DNA of 64,000 bases from Acidimicrobiia bacterium. Lineage in GTDB: Bacteria > Actinomycetota > Acidimicrobiia > IMCC26256 > JAENVU01. The notes beneath the pieces were generated by a model. The model was not told where the DNA came from and searched no databases. It saw only the letters and a program-made list of their open reading frames with translations. The translations under genes and the position numbers were made by a program. The stretch covers positions 44,596 to 108,595 of the forward strand of contig DASXYP010000049.1 of the NCBI GenBank assembly GCA_036502405.1. Reading direction: 5' to 3'. Shown here one piece after another: positions 63,305 through 64,000 of this stretch (within the stretch, counting starts at the first letter, position 1; each line of letters starts with the position of its first letter).

Positions 63305-64000
63305 ATGGCGGGCAGTCAGCAGGACGTTTCGCGTGTGGTTGTTCAGTCCGTACACGAGTTCCTCGGTGGCCCCACGCCGGAAGGCGACGAATGGCGTTTC
63401 GAGTTCGGCGCGCATCTGAACAGCAACTGGGGTGCGGTATACGGCGGTGCACTCGCCGCCGGGGCGCTCGCCGTAGCGCGATCGATCGCACCGGAGCGCT
63501 CGCCGCGCTCCATGCACATCCAGATGGTGCGGTCCGTTCCGAGCGGACGCGCGTTTGCGGCGGCCACGGTACGGCACCCCGGCCGGAGCGTGGCAACCGT
63601 CGAAGTCGACCTCTATGACACGCGGCGCAAGCTCGCAGCGATCGCGCTCTTGACAATGGTGACACCTGAAGCTGTCGCCGCTGAACACGACCGCAGCGCC
63701 GCAACACCGCCGTTTCGCCTCATCGAGACACCGATCGGTGTGGACGATGAGCTCCCAGGGGCGGTCGCGGCCGGGATCGTCGCAACCCTCGGACTCAACC
63801 GACGCTTCGCTGCGCGCAACACCCTCCCAAGGGCGGAGAACTTCCGGCAGAGCGTCGATGGGTCGGCCGCGAGCGCGATGGAGTGCACGGTCCCGTGGGA
63901 CGACCTCGAACACGCCGGGCCGGAAGCCGCGTGCCTCATCGCAGACTCGGCCGTCGCCATGCCGATCTTGAACTCCTACATCCCCGTCGAGAACATCGGA
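63305..64000 (+). CDS. Acyl-CoA thioesterase (TesB-like double hot-dog) family protein, 3'-partial (runs off the window)
   Basis: Not in the ORF track because it has no stop within the window. ATG 63305 is preceded by GGGGAGGG, and the frame is open to 64000 (232 codons): MAGSQQDVSRVVVQSVHEFLGGPTPEGDEWRFEFGAHLNSNWGAVYGGALAAGALAVARS...MHIQMVRSVPSGRAFAAATVRHPGRSVATVEVDLYD.... High GC3. Confidence 0.7.
   Translation, partial: MAGSQQDVSRVVVQSVHEFLGGPTPEGDEWRFEFGAHLNSNWGAVYGGALAAGALAVARSIAPERSPRSMHIQMVRSVPSGRAFAAATVRHPGRSVATVEVDLYDTRRKLAAIALLTMVTPEAVAAEHDRSAATPPFRLIETPIGVDDELPGAVAAGIVATLGLNRRFAARNTLPRAENFRQSVDGSAASAMECTVPWDDLEHAGPEAACLIADSAVAMPILNSYIPVENIG

Noticed and set aside
1-64000. A search by eye for CRISPR arrays, IS elements/transposases, integrases, prophage genes, toxin-antitoxin pairs, restriction or other defence genes, rRNA, and tRNAs other than tRNA-Sec.
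   Set aside because: None were found. There are no regularly spaced repeats, no DDE/tyrosine-recombinase-like ORFs, no terminal inverted repeats, and no compositional island. The window looks like stable core chromosome.

Overview
This is a high-GC (about 70%) actinobacterial-type chromosomal segment. It is densely coding, with about 60 CDS, many joined by ATGA/GTGA start-stop overlaps. I saw no rRNA, CRISPR array, transposase, integrase or phage genes. All calls come from reading the supplied six-frame ORFs and the raw sequence by eye; no database or HMM search was possible, and family names are motif recognition from memory.

Blocks:
- 0.2-11.3 kb, envelope block: a decayed histidine-kinase remnant, a COG4705-like membrane protein, two beta-propeller lipoproteins (YVTN-type and Kelch-type), an OmpR/HK two-component system, and a translationally coupled PAP2 / GT87-like / GT-C-like / large membrane protein operon.
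- 11.3-20.3 kb: an orphan HK co-oriented with an ECF-type transporter (fused TM-ATPase-ATPase plus EcfT). It lies divergent from a lipoprotein, two ABC ATPases and one giant FtsX permease.
- 20.2-32 kb: a GT-C paralog, SDR, PoxB-like TPP enzyme, formaldehyde-dehydrogenase-like ADH, rhodanese-CBS protein, F420/LLM oxidoreductase, CinA/PncC-like protein and NadE.
- 32.1-41.5 kb: a complete selenocysteine locus. selB is divergent from selD, tRNA-Sec and selA, followed by an FdnG-like selenoprotein (in-frame UGA at 36937 plus SECIS hairpin), an FdnH-like subunit and an NrfD-like subunit.
- 41.7-49.2 kb: a STAS protein, a GCS2 ligase, a flavodoxin-like reductase, an ATL/MGMT-like protein, a HAD hydrolase, and an epimerase / geranylgeranyl-reductase / UbiE-like block.
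- 49.4-57.2 kb, oxidative/general stress block: hemerythrin, KatE, a second hemerythrin, an SDR, a holin-X/DUF3618-type trio and several small proteins.
- 57.3-64 kb: dehydrogenases, a spermidine-synthase-like membrane protein and a partial thioesterase that runs off the window.

The best candidate for something not yet described is a set of helically phased TTCAG direct repeats in four intergenic regions. They tie the OmpR-type regulator to the lipoprotein and polyprenyl-phosphate-type glycosyltransferase genes, suggesting a sensor-controlled envelope glycosylation regulon of unknown product. Other unannotated signals are a 17-nt exact repeat around the STAS gene start, two short hydrophobic ORFs below the ORF-track cutoff, and the Sec-recoded formate dehydrogenase that the ORF track splits in two. 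Most of the window otherwise looks like ordinary core chromosome.
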